DNA of 63,065 nt, counting the filler, from Choristocarpus tenellus KU-1152 (lineage: Eukaryota; Protista; Phaeophyceae), in assembly GCA_964200185.2 (NCBI GenBank). It is 13 parts of 13 records of this genome, joined end to end, with 100 filler letters (N's around TTAATTAATTAA, not from the genome) between each part and the next. Parts side by side here need not be neighbours in the genome. Positions count along the whole stretch, not along the records: positions 44,678 to 53,929 come from CAXNAD020003842.1; positions 54,030 to 60,432 come from CAXNAD020008207.1; positions 60,533 to 63,065 come from CAXNAD020027002.1; 10 more parts are not named here. One strand, 5' to 3'. The position numbers and the translations under genes are program-made. Below, one piece after another: positions 50,971-63,065 of the stretch. The notes under the pieces are model-generated. The model did not search any database and had not been told where the DNA came from. It saw nothing but the letters and a program-made list of their open reading frames with translations. Every line of letters starts with the position of its first letter. The first letter of the stretch is position 1.

Positions 50971-53900
50971 GGGACTTGGTCGTTTCAAGGTAATAGGAAA
51001 TTTATTTGTGCTGCTGGTGTCAACCAGTGCATGGCTGGAGTATGAGTGAAGTACTCTGGAAATGTTGATGATCAATGGTGTTAGTTGCTGATACCTCCCT
51101 AGTATCATGTCCAATTGTTACAATTTGCATTGAAGTAGCAGATTTGTTTTTATTCTTTTGATGTTTGGAGTCACTGGTTTCCTTGCATTTTTGTACATTC
51201 CAAGGGTAAATAAAAGGGAGGCTGCAATTTTTGGGAAACCTTTTCGATTGGAGCACCCACAAACATGATAATGTAATTAAAATTTGAAAAATGAACAAAG
51301 TTTCAGAAAGGAACGGGGGGGCCTTTTCCGACGGAATGGACTTGAGAGGGAGCAGCATGAGGTCTACCTCCTTTTCTTCCTTACTGGAGTGATTGTACAA
51401 CTCTCCTTTAGCATGGTTACATTCCTTAAACCTTCACTACCTTCCAGGGGGGAACGTTCCTGCTCATCATAACTAGTGTGTTACTCTTCTCAAAGGCTTG
51501 TTGAAGTATTCAATCCACACTATTGGAAAAGAGATAATCCACACAGGGGGCAGGGTGTGTGTGCATTGTTTCTTGATAGGGTTAGGTGGTATCTTATTAG
51601 AGGTAGTTTTCTCAGCAATTGTGTCAGGTACTATTATTTTGGTTGTCATGAAGTGCACTCAGGCTGTCTAAAATGATATCTCCTTGCACCCCAATGAAAA
51701 CAAACTTAGTATGACTACTTACTACTTACTACTTAGTATTTTTTTTTCAAAACTACGTTCACACAAAATATAGACAAGAACGATAAGTTGTATATACAAT
51801 CCCCCCCAACCACTAAGACGATCCAAACAGCAGCCTATGCTCATCAATCTGCACGATTTGAGAGCATCTATGGAGGCATTTGCTTCCTCGAAAGGTCTAT
51901 AATATGTAACTGTCTTGAAAAAAGCTCCCCCTGGAAACCACAATCATTGCATACTCATGTCCATGGACATCAAAAGGGTTGTTTGGGGGGCGAGCTGGTG
52001 ACTAAATCTAGGAAATGCCATATTTCTGTTGACAAAATTTGGGGCATTGGTGGGGCGGTATGACTTATTGCTGACAGCATAAGGTACAGTCAATATACCT
52101 TTTTTTGTTTGTTGGATGTCGCAATATCGAACTAAGCCATTGACAAAAATCGACCCCTATTTATGTCCCTGCTCCCACTTGCTTTCTTTCTGAAAGTCAT
52201 TATGTGAGGTATGCTTTTTCCTTGAAATTTCTGTTCCTGACAACAAGAAAAAAAACACAGCCCCCCCCCCCCCCCCCCCCCCACCCCCCTGCCACCCCAA
52301 AAATAGAAACAATGTTTTAAACCTTTTTTGGCATTCAGGTTTTTGTCCCCTGTAGGAAGAGAAAGGTGCCCATTTGTTTGTAACATCTAATCAAGTTAGC
52401 AACAAATTAGTCTCCCCTCTGGTCCTTAGCCCACTGGCGATACCCAGCAGAAAATGTGCTAATAAATGTACTTGATACAAACTTGAGCACACTCTGGTTG
52501 ATTCCCAGGGCTGCAGCTTTTACAATTGGCTCTGGTGTTAATGCCACAAGAGGCGGCATCTGATTGGTAGATTTCAAGGAACAGACAGTGTGGGCACGGG
52601 GGAGGGAGGGGCAGGGATATGGATTAGGAATAAAAACAGGGCCCAATAATAATGCATGGGCCAGAGGTTTTGATGGAAAAGTGTTGCTGAGGGCTTGGCA
52701 AGTCAATATGAGGTAGGTGGTCGATGGTGTATACTACAAGCATAATTCGATTAGTTTCTTTCACAGCCATGCCGTGGAGTTGATTGAACCTCTTTTCTCT
52801 TTGCATTCAAGATTGAAAATACTCTGTGGTTGATATCTGCACCCACTATGGTCAAAACGTTGTTGGATGATTTTGGGGGTTTCTGATGTCTGCCAAGAAC
52901 ACTATTGAAGTGAAATTTGCCTAAATTGCATCTGTGGATAGGGTGGTCCCTCGGGTGTTTGTTTGCAGAGATGGCATCTACTTTAAGAAAGCTCTTGGTT
53001 GACTTGTCCTAGGGCAGACAACACAGAGGATAATATTTGTGGCATTCTTGTTTGGTCTCTTCCTACAAAATGGAGTACAAAAATATATATATATATATAT
53101 ATATTGTTGGTAGACTGTCGTCACAACCAACAAGATCAGATTGGATGGGGTTTAATTTTTTAAATATTTAATACATTGATTTTACCTCACCCCCAGCAGA
53201 CCTAACAATACCCACATGCTTTCAAGGACAGGATAAGCACTTTAGCTCAAAATTGTAACTGAAAAAATGCAGTGGGACTTAACTACAACAAATGCTGATG
53301 TCAATGGTACAATGTGAAAGGTAGGAGGCAGTGCTAGGCATGCAGTCTTGCAGTCTTTTTTGCTTTTGGAGGCGTGAAGGGCTTAGGGTGATATTAATTG
53401 TTCTTATTATTCAGGGTTAGGGGTAACATTAACATAGGTGTAATGGTTATTTGCCACAGAGAGGTAAAAGTAGGAAAAATAAATAAATATATATATATAT
53501 ATATATTTTCATAATTTGTACTCGGGAGAAGATTTGGAACATATAGGAAGTATTTCTGTCTTACCTTTGGAGGCAAAAGGTGAAATTTAGAAAGACATGA
53601 ACAGGCCTAACTGTAAAAATAATTATAACATGGTACGGATTGACTTGTGTGTGGCATACAGGTGATAAATGTCAGTAGAACACCACCACAGTCCACCTAC
53701 AATGCGCAACCAAATGGCAGGTCACAGACAATGCCCTCAACACCTAGCCTACTCCAGCATCTCCTATAGGTGGTGCCCTCTTCAGCCATCAAAATTGAAC
53801 TACCTTAAGGCAGAAAATGCGCCCATGGGCTGCTTATGTGAGGTATAAGAAGTTCTATTTTCTACAGCATGGTGAATGTATAAGGAAGAGAGTTGTGTGT

Positions 53901-54048
53901 AGTGAGAGTTTTGTTTTGAATTTATGAGANNNNNNNNNNNNNNNNNNNNNNNNNNNNNNNNNNNNNNNNNNNNTTAATTAATTAANNNNNNNNNNNNNNN
54001 NNNNNNNNNNNNNNNNNNNNNNNNNNNNNTTTTTTTTTCGTCTACGCC

Positions 54049-54246
54049 GGCACAAAATCTGTGGGGGGGGGGGGGGGGGTGGCGAGTGTGTATTTGGGGT
54101 CAAATTTTTCATGTTGCGATTTTTGGGTGATTTGGTTCCATCCGTTGGATGGATAGTGAAAGTGCACTTTTCCTGGTTTGGGCCTAAATGGACACTCTGG
54201 TGTAGACCCCCCACACCCACACCCACCCCCCCAGATAGTTTGGGTC
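54049..54246 (+). mobile_element. MITE family 2 copy
   Basis: Aligns with 14405-14585 (ATGTTGCGATTTT.GGGTG.TTTGGTT.CAT.CGTTG.ATGGATA); ends TTTGGGTC. Confidence 0.75.
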
Positions 54247-55130
54247 ACTTGGTTGAATTCCGTTGTATCGAGGTGCCACATTATTGCTGTAGTTCTTCAT
54301 ATAAGTAAGGTTTGTGCTATGTAGTACAATAAATGCATCTGTGGGATTGAGGATGTTGCAGTGGAATGGTATTCAATTGGTTTAAGTGTCCCTTGTCATA
54401 CGTGCCCCCTATCTTATCATCTATATAATATGACTTGGTATTTCTTTTCATCCTGACGTGGCCAAAACATCAACACCTTAGTTATCTAGTTATCAACATG
54501 TACACAAGTCCAGGCTGATTGAAATTGTGCTTTCTTTTACCTGGAGAGATTACTTCTGCTTGAACCGCATCTGAAAGATCAATATTGAGTCAATTTCCTT
54601 CTTGTTTCAACCCTTGTAGGCACACCCTATTGAAACGTTCCGTACACCATGATAACAACTATCAAAAACATTTTACCAAAAAAGTTGTACGTCTTTTTAT
54701 GGAGGGTATTTTTGTGCTACTTCAAAGTAGTGCTGTGTAAGTGTGAACTGTCGAGAACCTTGTGCATGAGTACAATAACAATCTTGTGTAAGTCTTCTCA
54801 AAAAGCAGCAACAGGTGAGAGAATGCAGGGTTGTGCATTTCTCACTGTCAAGGCACAGCATTGCGCTGATACCCAGAGGAAGTCCCTGTAGCATGTTATC
54901 TATTGCACAGTTTTTTTACCCCCCTCCCACACCCTTTCATAACTTCATGGGCGAGTGCACGAAAAATGGTGAACCTAATACTTGGATATCACAATAGTAT
55001 CAATAGCTCTGGAGTCTTTTTTTTCTGCACTGTGTCAAGCACACACATGCAGGGTAAATCCGGAGTAAATTGGATTGCCTTTTGAAATTTAACCCCCGGT
55101 TCCACCTTTTGTCTGATTGTGCTGACACAG

Positions 55131-55535
55131 GATCCCTACTTGGAGGGAAAGGCCACAATACCGCTGCTAGTTCCATCAAAGGTCACAGTCTATGCCACAC
55201 CCACACATCGCTTCGATATTGCCACAGCTGTATCCACCTCCACCACCACCTTTACCAAGGGCTATGGAAAGCATGCAGGGCGAGCAGGTCCAATGTTACT
55301 GCTAGATGGAACAATGGGGCGCGTGAGCCAAGAGGCACTAGATCGTTTTCCTGTTGAGGTGGGGGCAGGGCAGCAGCTGCGGTACTTTTCCGACCGTGAG
55401 ATGCTACGCCTTCATGGCTTTCCAGAGGGGTTCTGTTTTCCTGAGGACTTGAGCCTGCGCCAGCGGTTTGCCCTCGTTGGAAATAGTGTCAATGTTGAGG
55501 TGGTCGCCAAATTGCTGAAGCATATGCTGAAGTAA
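55131..55535 (+). CDS. DNMT2: DNMT2/TRDMT1 tRNA C5-methyltransferase, last exon
   Basis: FTKGYG (target-recognition motif), motif IX LRYFSDREMLRLHGFP, motif X LVGNSVNVEVV; CAG acceptor at 55130. Confidence 0.85.
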   Translation, partial: DPYLEGKATIPLLVPSKVTVYATPTHRFDIATAVSTSTTTFTKGYGKHAGRAGPMLLLDGTMGRVSQEALDRFPVEVGAGQQLRYFSDREMLRLHGFPEGFCFPEDLSLRQRFALVGNSVNVEVVAKLLKHMLK

Positions 55536-58393
55536 CATGACACTCTGCAGAAGCTTGTCTCTGGTATGATGGGATATTTGGAAATGCCCAATGGGACAGA
55601 AGAGATACTCACCCATTTCCTCCAGATGCTGAAGAATTCATTTGATTTTGAGGGTCGCTCTACCATTTCTTCTCAGGCTTGTTGGCATACTATGATAGGC
55701 GTACTATGATATTTTACGTTGAAGCTGTGTATACCTTTTATTTATTTGTTGCACAGGGGCAACCATTGTTGATGGGAAAATTTTCATCAAGATTAGGAAA
55801 GATCGAGTATTTACCCCAAGTTATTGGAGAAGTATGTTGTAGGAGTTTGGTTGGGTAAATGCATTGAGCCTTTAGGGCAAAGGGCACAAAGGGAGAGGAG
55901 AAAAATATTGGTCATAGAAAAGACTGAAAGTTCTTTTTTTTTTAAGACCTAGGAGGTAATTGCATGAGGAAAGACATAAAATGGGGACAAACACTCTCTA
56001 CTGTTGACACTGTCAAATACTGTTTCGCATACTACAAAATTTTTTTTAAGGATTTATTGTATTTTTGGCCAAGCACTGCTGCTGTGACCGAAATGTTCAG
56101 GTGTTAGCAGCTTCTTGTCCATCCTTGGTAGCCAGTCATACAACTTATACATACAACTTCGGTCAGTTGCAGCATAGGAAAACAAGGAGACTGCACATTA
56201 TTTGTGTCCGACTTTGTCAAAAAAAAGTATTGGCAATATTCCCAGATGCTGAGAACATACGCTTTGAGTCTACCTTTGTACCAGGAATAACCAAAATGAA
56301 GTGCCCAATTGTGACCATGTCAAAAAGTTTGAGATATTTTGCTGATCACCTATTTGTTGTGTTGGCTATCGTAATCTCCACTGCCATTGATCACAGCATC
56401 ATGAATATATGTCTGATCATCCATCCATTCAGGGTGCATACCATGCGAAACGGTAAAATACGATGTCGAAAATACTACCTATATGCCTTGAGCGATGCTT
56501 CTGAACTCAATTATAATTTTACAACAATTTGCAACAGTGAGCATGGTAAGACAGTACACGGGTCACCAGAGACACTGTACACTCTATTTTATTTAGATGA
56601 GCGGTTCAATGGAAGGCCGCTTGCTCCAGAAGGCTGTGGCACTCGGTAGCACCAAATTACAGTTTGTAGATATATCTAGAGCTCAGTGGCTCTCTGAAAC
56701 CGAATATATATGTAGTGCTTCTGACAGTGGATGAGGAGGGAGGGGGGGGTGTATGAGTCCCATGCCTCCAGTGTACAACTCCCCTTGAACCATCAAGTTT
56801 GTGTGATCCATAGCTAAAATCATTCTATGCTGTCGTACTTAAGTACTACAACATGATATAACTATGGTACTTTGTGTTGTAGATCAACAACGCTTATGTA
56901 CTCTGCAATATCAAAACATTAGTACATACCATAGCAAGGTTTTGTACTGCACATCACACCTATAGAGCCACTCAGTCTTTCAAGTTCAAATTGTTGCTGA
57001 CATCCACAAAAATCTGTACAGATACGCCTATTCAGGATATATATACAAACCACTATACTATTCTAAAGCCAGGATGCAAATGGGAGGAGGTGGGGGGTCC
57101 AGGAACCACAATTTCAACAGCATATTCTTTGGTAATATGAGAAGGTAATTTATGAAGGCGAACTAAAAAGAAGCTCAGAGTATGGTAATCACAAGTAGGA
57201 AGTATATATATATATATATATATGTGGTGCAATAATCTTCAAGAGTAAAAGGGGACAAAACATCCACACCATTGTACGTCAGGTAAACACCAAATTCATC
57301 TTCCAAAACCCTGTTCCAAAAATGTGTATGTGTAATGCTGTTGAGTGGTCGTCTATTGATCTACTATAAATAAAATATATTAATACACTGTGATAGCGAA
57401 AATACAAACAGGAATCCATCCATTGTAATTTTATAGAACACGCCATTTGTGAAATTTATTTTGTCTGACTGTTCAACCTTGTAGATATTTTTTTGTGTTC
57501 ACTTTGTAGAGTTAAGGTGTTTCAAATAACACGATTGAAGGAAAGAAGCCGTGTCCCATTGTGGTATTTGTTGAGGCCTTGTATTATCACATCACTTCAA
57601 TTATTCGTACTTTTTTTTGTAGTACAGACTTGTCGATATCACAAACACAGGCAGACACATGAACGAATACATATTTTCTTCATCACATTTTCAACCTGCA
57701 CAAACTCTACTTTCATCTAATATACGAAAAAATACTTAAGTACTTCTACATACCTACACCCCATTTATTTCCGTCGGTGCAATATAATATGTGCTACATA
57801 CATGCAGGAGTTCCATCAAGTCGATCAGAAACCAACTTACGACTGAACGTACACGGGTTCCTTCACATGCTATGCCTCTCTTGTCCCATCTAAAAACACA
57901 ATATTTTCAACTTGTAATATGTAACCAACTTTTATTCTATTGGTTTTTATCTCGATTTTTATTCTATATTCGAGTACATACAAATGGAGTAAGGTAGCTC
58001 AAGGCACACAGTCCCTCCTACAACGAACACTTGAACATTCAGTCTGACTTCGGACTTGGGTTCTACTGGGCACCAAATCAGCAGCAACAGAAAGGCTGGT
58101 AGGGCAAAAAAGGTGAGCCATCCTAGCCTTTTATCCCAGTCTGACACAACAGAAATGTCACACTATCATTAACCACACCCACGCCAAGGAGGTCTAGGGT
58201 GTATCCTGTTCTAATGTTGCCTGCTGGATGAAGGCCACCATCCACCCGGTACGCACACCCTGACTATCCCGCGAATCAACATATGCCGACACTTCTACGA
58301 ACAGCAAGTGATAGGATCAAGACTCCCAGCTTTTACCATGTGTCTACCTGCAATTTCACAATCAAGACCAGGACAGCACCCCATTGAATATCA

Positions 58394-59227
58394 TCAGTAG
58401 CAGGGTGACCCACCAGCCAGAATGGTCACACCAGCCAAGAAGTGCGATGTGGTGAAGCGACGGAATTTGTTCTCCTTCTGCCCTGCCTCCACCCAAAGAG
58501 CAGCGGCATCACGCGTTAGCATCTGAACTGGTGGAACATGCGTCCCTTGCTCGAATGACCCATGACGACCCTGCCTCTCATCAGGGCGACCACCGATAAT
58601 GTTGGTCTCGCCCTCGCCAGACATATCCGGGGTATACTTCGTGCTGTAGAACAGGACTTTGCCGTGGTCAAGCTCTTTCTCCAGAGGAACATCTCGTGGC
58701 TCACCCCCAAGCCACAGCCTACGCTCTGGGTTGAACGAGCCTCGTGTTCCCAAACGCTCGGTTGGGCGACCCCCAACAACATTGGTGCGGGCCTCACGAC
58801 TGAGGTCAGGTTTGTACACAGAAGAAGTAAAGAGTACCGTACCATGATCGATGTCCTTCTCCAGAGGAACATCTCGCGCTTCGCCGCCTCTCCACTGCCT
58901 GCGGCCTGGGGTGAAAGAACCTTGCATCCCCAGACGTTCAGTTGGGCGACCGCCCACGATGTTGGTATGGACTTCCCCGCTAAGGTCTGGCTTGTACACG
59001 GAAGATGTGGCGAGTAATATGCCATGGTCGACCTCTTGCTCGAGGGGGACGTCACTGGGCTCGCCACCCAACCACCTTTGGCGGCCAGGAATCATGAAGC
59101 CCCTCGTACCGAATCTCTCATCTGTGCGAACATCGTTGTACTTTGGCAGATACGTCAAATCTGGGGCATGGACCTTACTGATGAAGAGTTCCGTGCCGTG
59201 GTTTACGGTGTCGGTAGGTTGGACCAT
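58394..59227 (-). CDS. Unknown 277-aa protein made of about 3.7 tandem 60-aa repeats
   Basis: Single open frame; repeats conserved at protein level with diverged codons; upstream intron (donor near 59404, acceptor near 59240) is probably in the 5'UTR. Confidence 0.75.
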   Translation of the reverse strand: MVQPTDTVNHGTELFISKVHAPDLTYLPKYNDVRTDERFGTRGFMIPGRQRWLGGEPSDVPLEQEVDHGILLATSSVYKPDLSGEVHTNIVGGRPTERLGMQGSFTPGRRQWRGGEARDVPLEKDIDHGTVLFTSSVYKPDLSREARTNVVGGRPTERLGTRGSFNPERRLWLGGEPRDVPLEKELDHGKVLFYSTKYTPDMSGEGETNIIGGRPDERQGRHGSFEQGTHVPPVQMLTRDAAALWVEAGQKENKFRRFTTSHFLAGVTILAGGSPCY

Positions 59228-61178
59228 AAGAACTCCTTTCTGCCAAAATATAGTGGAGAGAAAGGATACGAGGTCGAGAGGTCATCAGTGAACATGAGGA
59301 AACAACGTCAACATTTTAAAATTCCCATTCAAGTTTCCATGTATCCGGAAATATCTTCGAATAACAGCATACTATTTAAACATGGAGTCAAGGTCATATC
59401 TCACCTGCAATCTGACTTGTCAGGTATTCCCTCTTCGAGTTGGAAGTTGGTAGATGTTTTGGACGCGAGGTTGAGAAAGTTGTGTGGAGATGTGGGGGGT
59501 TAGGAGGAAAGATAGAGGGTAATAATGGACGTAACTGGTTCAACTCATGGTGTTGATGTTTCGGTCGAAATTCCATCCAATCTCTTCATCAACTAGGGTT
59601 TCTGATTGGTTAATATTTCTGCCGTATATGAAATTGCACCTCATGAAATTGCATATCATGTATGGTTATATTGTAGTTGGTGTATTATTTTCGAGTGATC
59701 CGCCTTCGGAAATATAGACATTATTTTTCTAGAAAATAACACATGTATACAGATAGTACTGGTATGTTTTGAAAGATGAAGGTAGAGAGGAAGCTTGTTG
59801 AATAAAGAAGTATGAAAGACCTTTATAGAGCGAGTGCCGGGAAGGTTTTTCGCCCGATCTTGAATTTTGTGTATGCCAAGCGAAATGAAGAGTTACAGGA
59901 GGGGGCAAGGACCAATCTTTTCCTGAGTAGATGGATGGGCACACAGGAATGACTTGGTTTTACAAACCAATGGCCACTTCACATTTTAATATTGTTGTCC
60001 ATCCTCAATTTTTGAAATCGGCTGTTCGTTACGGAATCGGATGTCCTTCCAACATGTATCCTACACTGAACACTATAATAATATACCACTCACTACAATA
60101 CATCAACACACAGAGACAACAACACCTCACACGCATTATACAACCAACAACCTACCACAAAAAATATTAAGAGATCCAAACCAATTAATTGAATGTAGGT
60201 AGGTTTGGATCCTTTTGCATTCCAAGCCACCTTTTATACCCTTTGCAATAGACTCTATTTCACTGCTTTGTGTGCGCAACAACAGTGTACGCAAAATTGT
60301 TATTCCCTCTTTCCACACACTAAGTGACACCACATTTCATCGAAAGCTCTCTCTGTAGTTAACAGTTGATTTCAAAAATTGAGGGAGCTTTTCATTGAGG
60401 ATGGGCTTGACCCAAAATTGACTGGGATAAAGNNNNNNNNNNNNNNNNNNNNNNNNNNNNNNNNNNNNNNNNNNNNTTAATTAATTAANNNNNNNNNNNN
60501 NNNNNNNNNNNNNNNNNNNNNNNNNNNNNNNNCTCCCCCTCCTGCCCATCCACCTCCCCCTCCCGCTAATTCAATATTTTTCTATATATTTTTTCATCTT
60601 CCTACTATGTAGGCCCCTAATTTCTTTTTTTGTTCTTCTCCTTCTCCTATTCAGTGGAAAAAAATAAAGTATTTATTGAACGGTTTGCATCCATATAAAT
60701 GACTGTTGGCCCTTTTCCATTTATATCCCCTGTTTCTATTCTTTTTGATCGTTTTCTCTCTAGCTTCGTAGGAAAATATAATTTTTTGCACTTTTATTTT
60801 ACATTATTTTTAGTTTTAATAATAGTCCTTGTTGTTGTGGGCTCTCACTTATCGATTAAAAAAAATATATATATTATTTATTTATTTATATATTAATGTT
60901 TATGTACCTGTATATATATATATATATATATATATGTAACTTATAAAAAAATGACTCTTGGGAACAACACGCAGGCGGTGCCAATACCCTCCGGGGAAGC
61001 TGCCAGGGGAGGTCGCATGCTCATGCGATCTGAAGGACGGAGGCATGGGATGACTTTTGAAGAGGTGTGTGTGATTTTCTCAAAGAAAAAGAAAATACTG
61101 GAGAAGAGAAGAAGAGGATGAAGGGTGAGATTTTTTTATTTTTTTTTTGTGGGGAATGGAGGTGGGATCGAGTTGTTG

Positions 61179-61308
61179 GGTGAGGTGAAGTGAGGTGGGG
61201 TGGGGTGGGGTGAAGTGAGGTGGGGTGAAGTGAGGTGGGGTGGGGTGGGGTGGGGTAAGGTGGGGTGAGGTGAGGTGAGGTGAGGTGAGGTGAGGTGAGG
61301 TGAGGTGG
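61179..61308. repeat. Pentanucleotide microsatellite (GTGAG/GTGGG/GTGAA)n
   Basis: Directly visible. Confidence 0.92.
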
Positions 61309-61754
61309 TGTGATATTAAAAAAAGATGAGATCAATGATATTTATATATATGTAACATTTATATGTTCTTATATATATTCTGGACTAGTTTTGAGACAAG
61401 GCTTTTTGGGGGGGTGCTTGACGAAGATATTTTTTTTAATTTGTGAACCTTTCTCACGTGCTTTTCATGTTTTTTTTTCAGGTTTGGATTCATGCCGATG
61501 CTTACTGTATCTACCTGTTTTCTATTTTGTTCTTTTTTGTAAAAAAATAAAAATATATTTATACAGAAGTTTTATCAGGATTAATATATATATATATAAA
61601 CTGTGTGGTGAATCTTTGAATTTGAGAAAAATTATGTTGAGTAAATAAAATAATATAAGAATAGCACGTTATGGTTGTGGACAAGAGCCGGAACCTTTTG
61701 TTCATATTCTCTTTTGAATTACAAAACGAATTTACAAACATAATTTGTTTTTAT

Positions 61755-61935
61755 TGTTTTAGTTGGTGCAAAGATTTACTTACCTGGCAAGTGAATTACA
61801 TTTTTTTATTGTTTTGTTTGGTGACAAGAATTACTTGGCAAGTGAATTACAAAAAATGATTTTTTTTGTATGTATATTTTTCTTATTGTTTTGTTTGGTA
61901 ACAAGAATTACTTGGCAAGTGAATTACAAAAAAAT
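61755..61935. repeat. Three imperfect direct repeats containing TGGCAAGTGAATTACA
   Basis: Core at about 61785, 61836 and 61914 with shared TTGTTTTGTTTGGT..CAAGAATTAC leader. Confidence 0.8.
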
Positions 61936-62157
61936 GCATTTTATATATATATATATATTGTTTGTTTGTTTTGTGCATCTGCAGAAGCAACCCACTTTTT
62001 TTTTAAATTAACAACAACGACAGTACAACGACAGTACCCTAAAATGTTTGGACACGTTTGGCCTCTGATGAAGAGAGCACTATCCATTTCTATCACTCTG
62101 CGACATCAGTTAGAACGGTTTGAGGGGCTGGCTATATGATAGCACAAAATGGTGTAA

Positions 62158-62386
62158 GAGTGAAAGTATCTTAGGGTTGGTACCTAGTGTGAAATGTTTT
62201 TTTTTTAATGAAATGTTTTGGAGTAGGTAAAAAATGTATGCGTTGTGAGAAGGTGTGTCCAGAGCAAGGTTATTGAGGATTCCTAACAGACGCGATACCC
62301 CAAATTACATCAAAAACTGCAACAAGTGGGTTTTGGTACCCCAGGTGGATGCGGCCCTACCCTAACCCTAAGATATGCTTTGGCTC
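62158..62386 (-). mobile_element. MITE family 1 (Sola2-like), complete copy
   Basis: GAGTGAAAGTATCTTAGGG...CCCTAAGATATGCTTTGGCTC; 4-bp TSD GTAA at 62154-62157 and 62387-62390. Confidence 0.88.
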
Positions 62387-62530
62387 GTAAGACTTTCACT
62401 GCTGATGCTTGCGAGGGGAGGGTCTTGTAAACTACCTGTATGAGTTATACCTTAAATTGTCAGCAAAATCCAACTCGGTTTACCCTGATTTGCATTGCTG
62501 TTTGTAGGGGTCTTGCAAAATCCCACTAAG

Positions 62531-62578
62531 AGGTATACCCTAAAATGTCAGAATTCGCTGACATTTTAGGGTATACCT
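62531..62578. repeat. Perfect inverted repeat, 21-bp arms, 6-nt loop
   Basis: AGGTATACCCTAAAATGTCAG-AATTCG-CTGACATTTTAGGGTATACCT. Confidence 0.92.
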
Positions 62579-63065
62579 ATTCTACGTCGCCCACTACAAA
62601 GCCGTGAGAAACGCCTTCCCCCTGCAGGAATTTAAATATATATATATATATTTATTTATTTTTCCTCACCACAACGGTTCGAAACCGTTGTTGAATAAAT
62701 ACGTTTAATTAGGGTATATTATATTGTTTTGCTCTATGACCGTTAGTTAATTTTTTTCCAGATAGCATTCAAGAGTCGGTTGCTCTACGATGTCCTGTGT
62801 CTTTGTCTGTACTGTGGGTGAGTTAAGTCATTGATTTGCTCTGTAGTGATTGACCATGTGTCCATTTTCTAGCTCAATTTTTTTTTGGTTCTTTGGCATC
62901 TGTTGTCAGGGCAATATATATATATATTTATATATATATATTCTGGCACCCTTTATTCTTCAACTTCTGTTTTTTTTTCTGCAAAAGTTTTTATTCTGTA
63001 TGTGGGTTACGACATCCAGTGTCCAGAACCATCAAGGTTTGGTAACCCCCCCCGCCCCATGCCCC

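Noticed and set aside
56065-56649. 194-aa ORF downstream of DNMT2
   Set aside because: Non-ATG start, no recognisable motif or splice support; probably a chance frame in repeat-derived DNA.
62359-62372. Telomere-like CCCTAACCCTAA (also TTAGGGTTAGGG at 17381)
   Set aside because: Only two units, and here it is a small duplication inside a MITE TIR; no evidence of a chromosome end.
62762-62817. Possible isolated 56-nt exon (TTTCCAG...GTGAGT)
   Set aside because: Good splice signals but too short to assign a frame or product.

Overview
Eukaryotic DNA. Long GT-AG introns, the protein styles and a Copia-rich background suggest a stramenopile, probably a brown alga, but this is inference. The window is not one locus: it is 13 contigs joined by an artificial 100-nt spacer (N44-TTAATTAATTAA-N44), so neighbourhood is meaningful only within a contig. 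Host genes recognised from spliced exons: CSN6 (5' part), a kinesin, a NUDT8-like Nudix hydrolase, MPP-alpha, ornithine aminotransferase (2 exons), a complete 8-exon ATG7, the last exon of DNMT2 and an unknown protein built of 60-aa repeats. Mobile DNA includes many decayed Copia pieces and LTRs, a chromodomain Gypsy integrase, a non-LTR RT fragment, a Tc1/IS630-like remnant (2 copies), a Sola2-type MITE family with three clean 4-bp TSDs and a second MITE family. Two regions stand out. (1) At 30977-33099, an intronless, virus-like island of two head-to-head ORFs only 9 nt apart, one starting with a TFIIS-type zinc ribbon, abutting a Gypsy pol end and apparently inside a host intron. (2) At 23996-28028, a CpG-rich, short-intron gene whose spliced product shows a tyrosine-recombinase HxxR...GH motif (Crypton/Ndc10-like) without an obvious catalytic Tyr.
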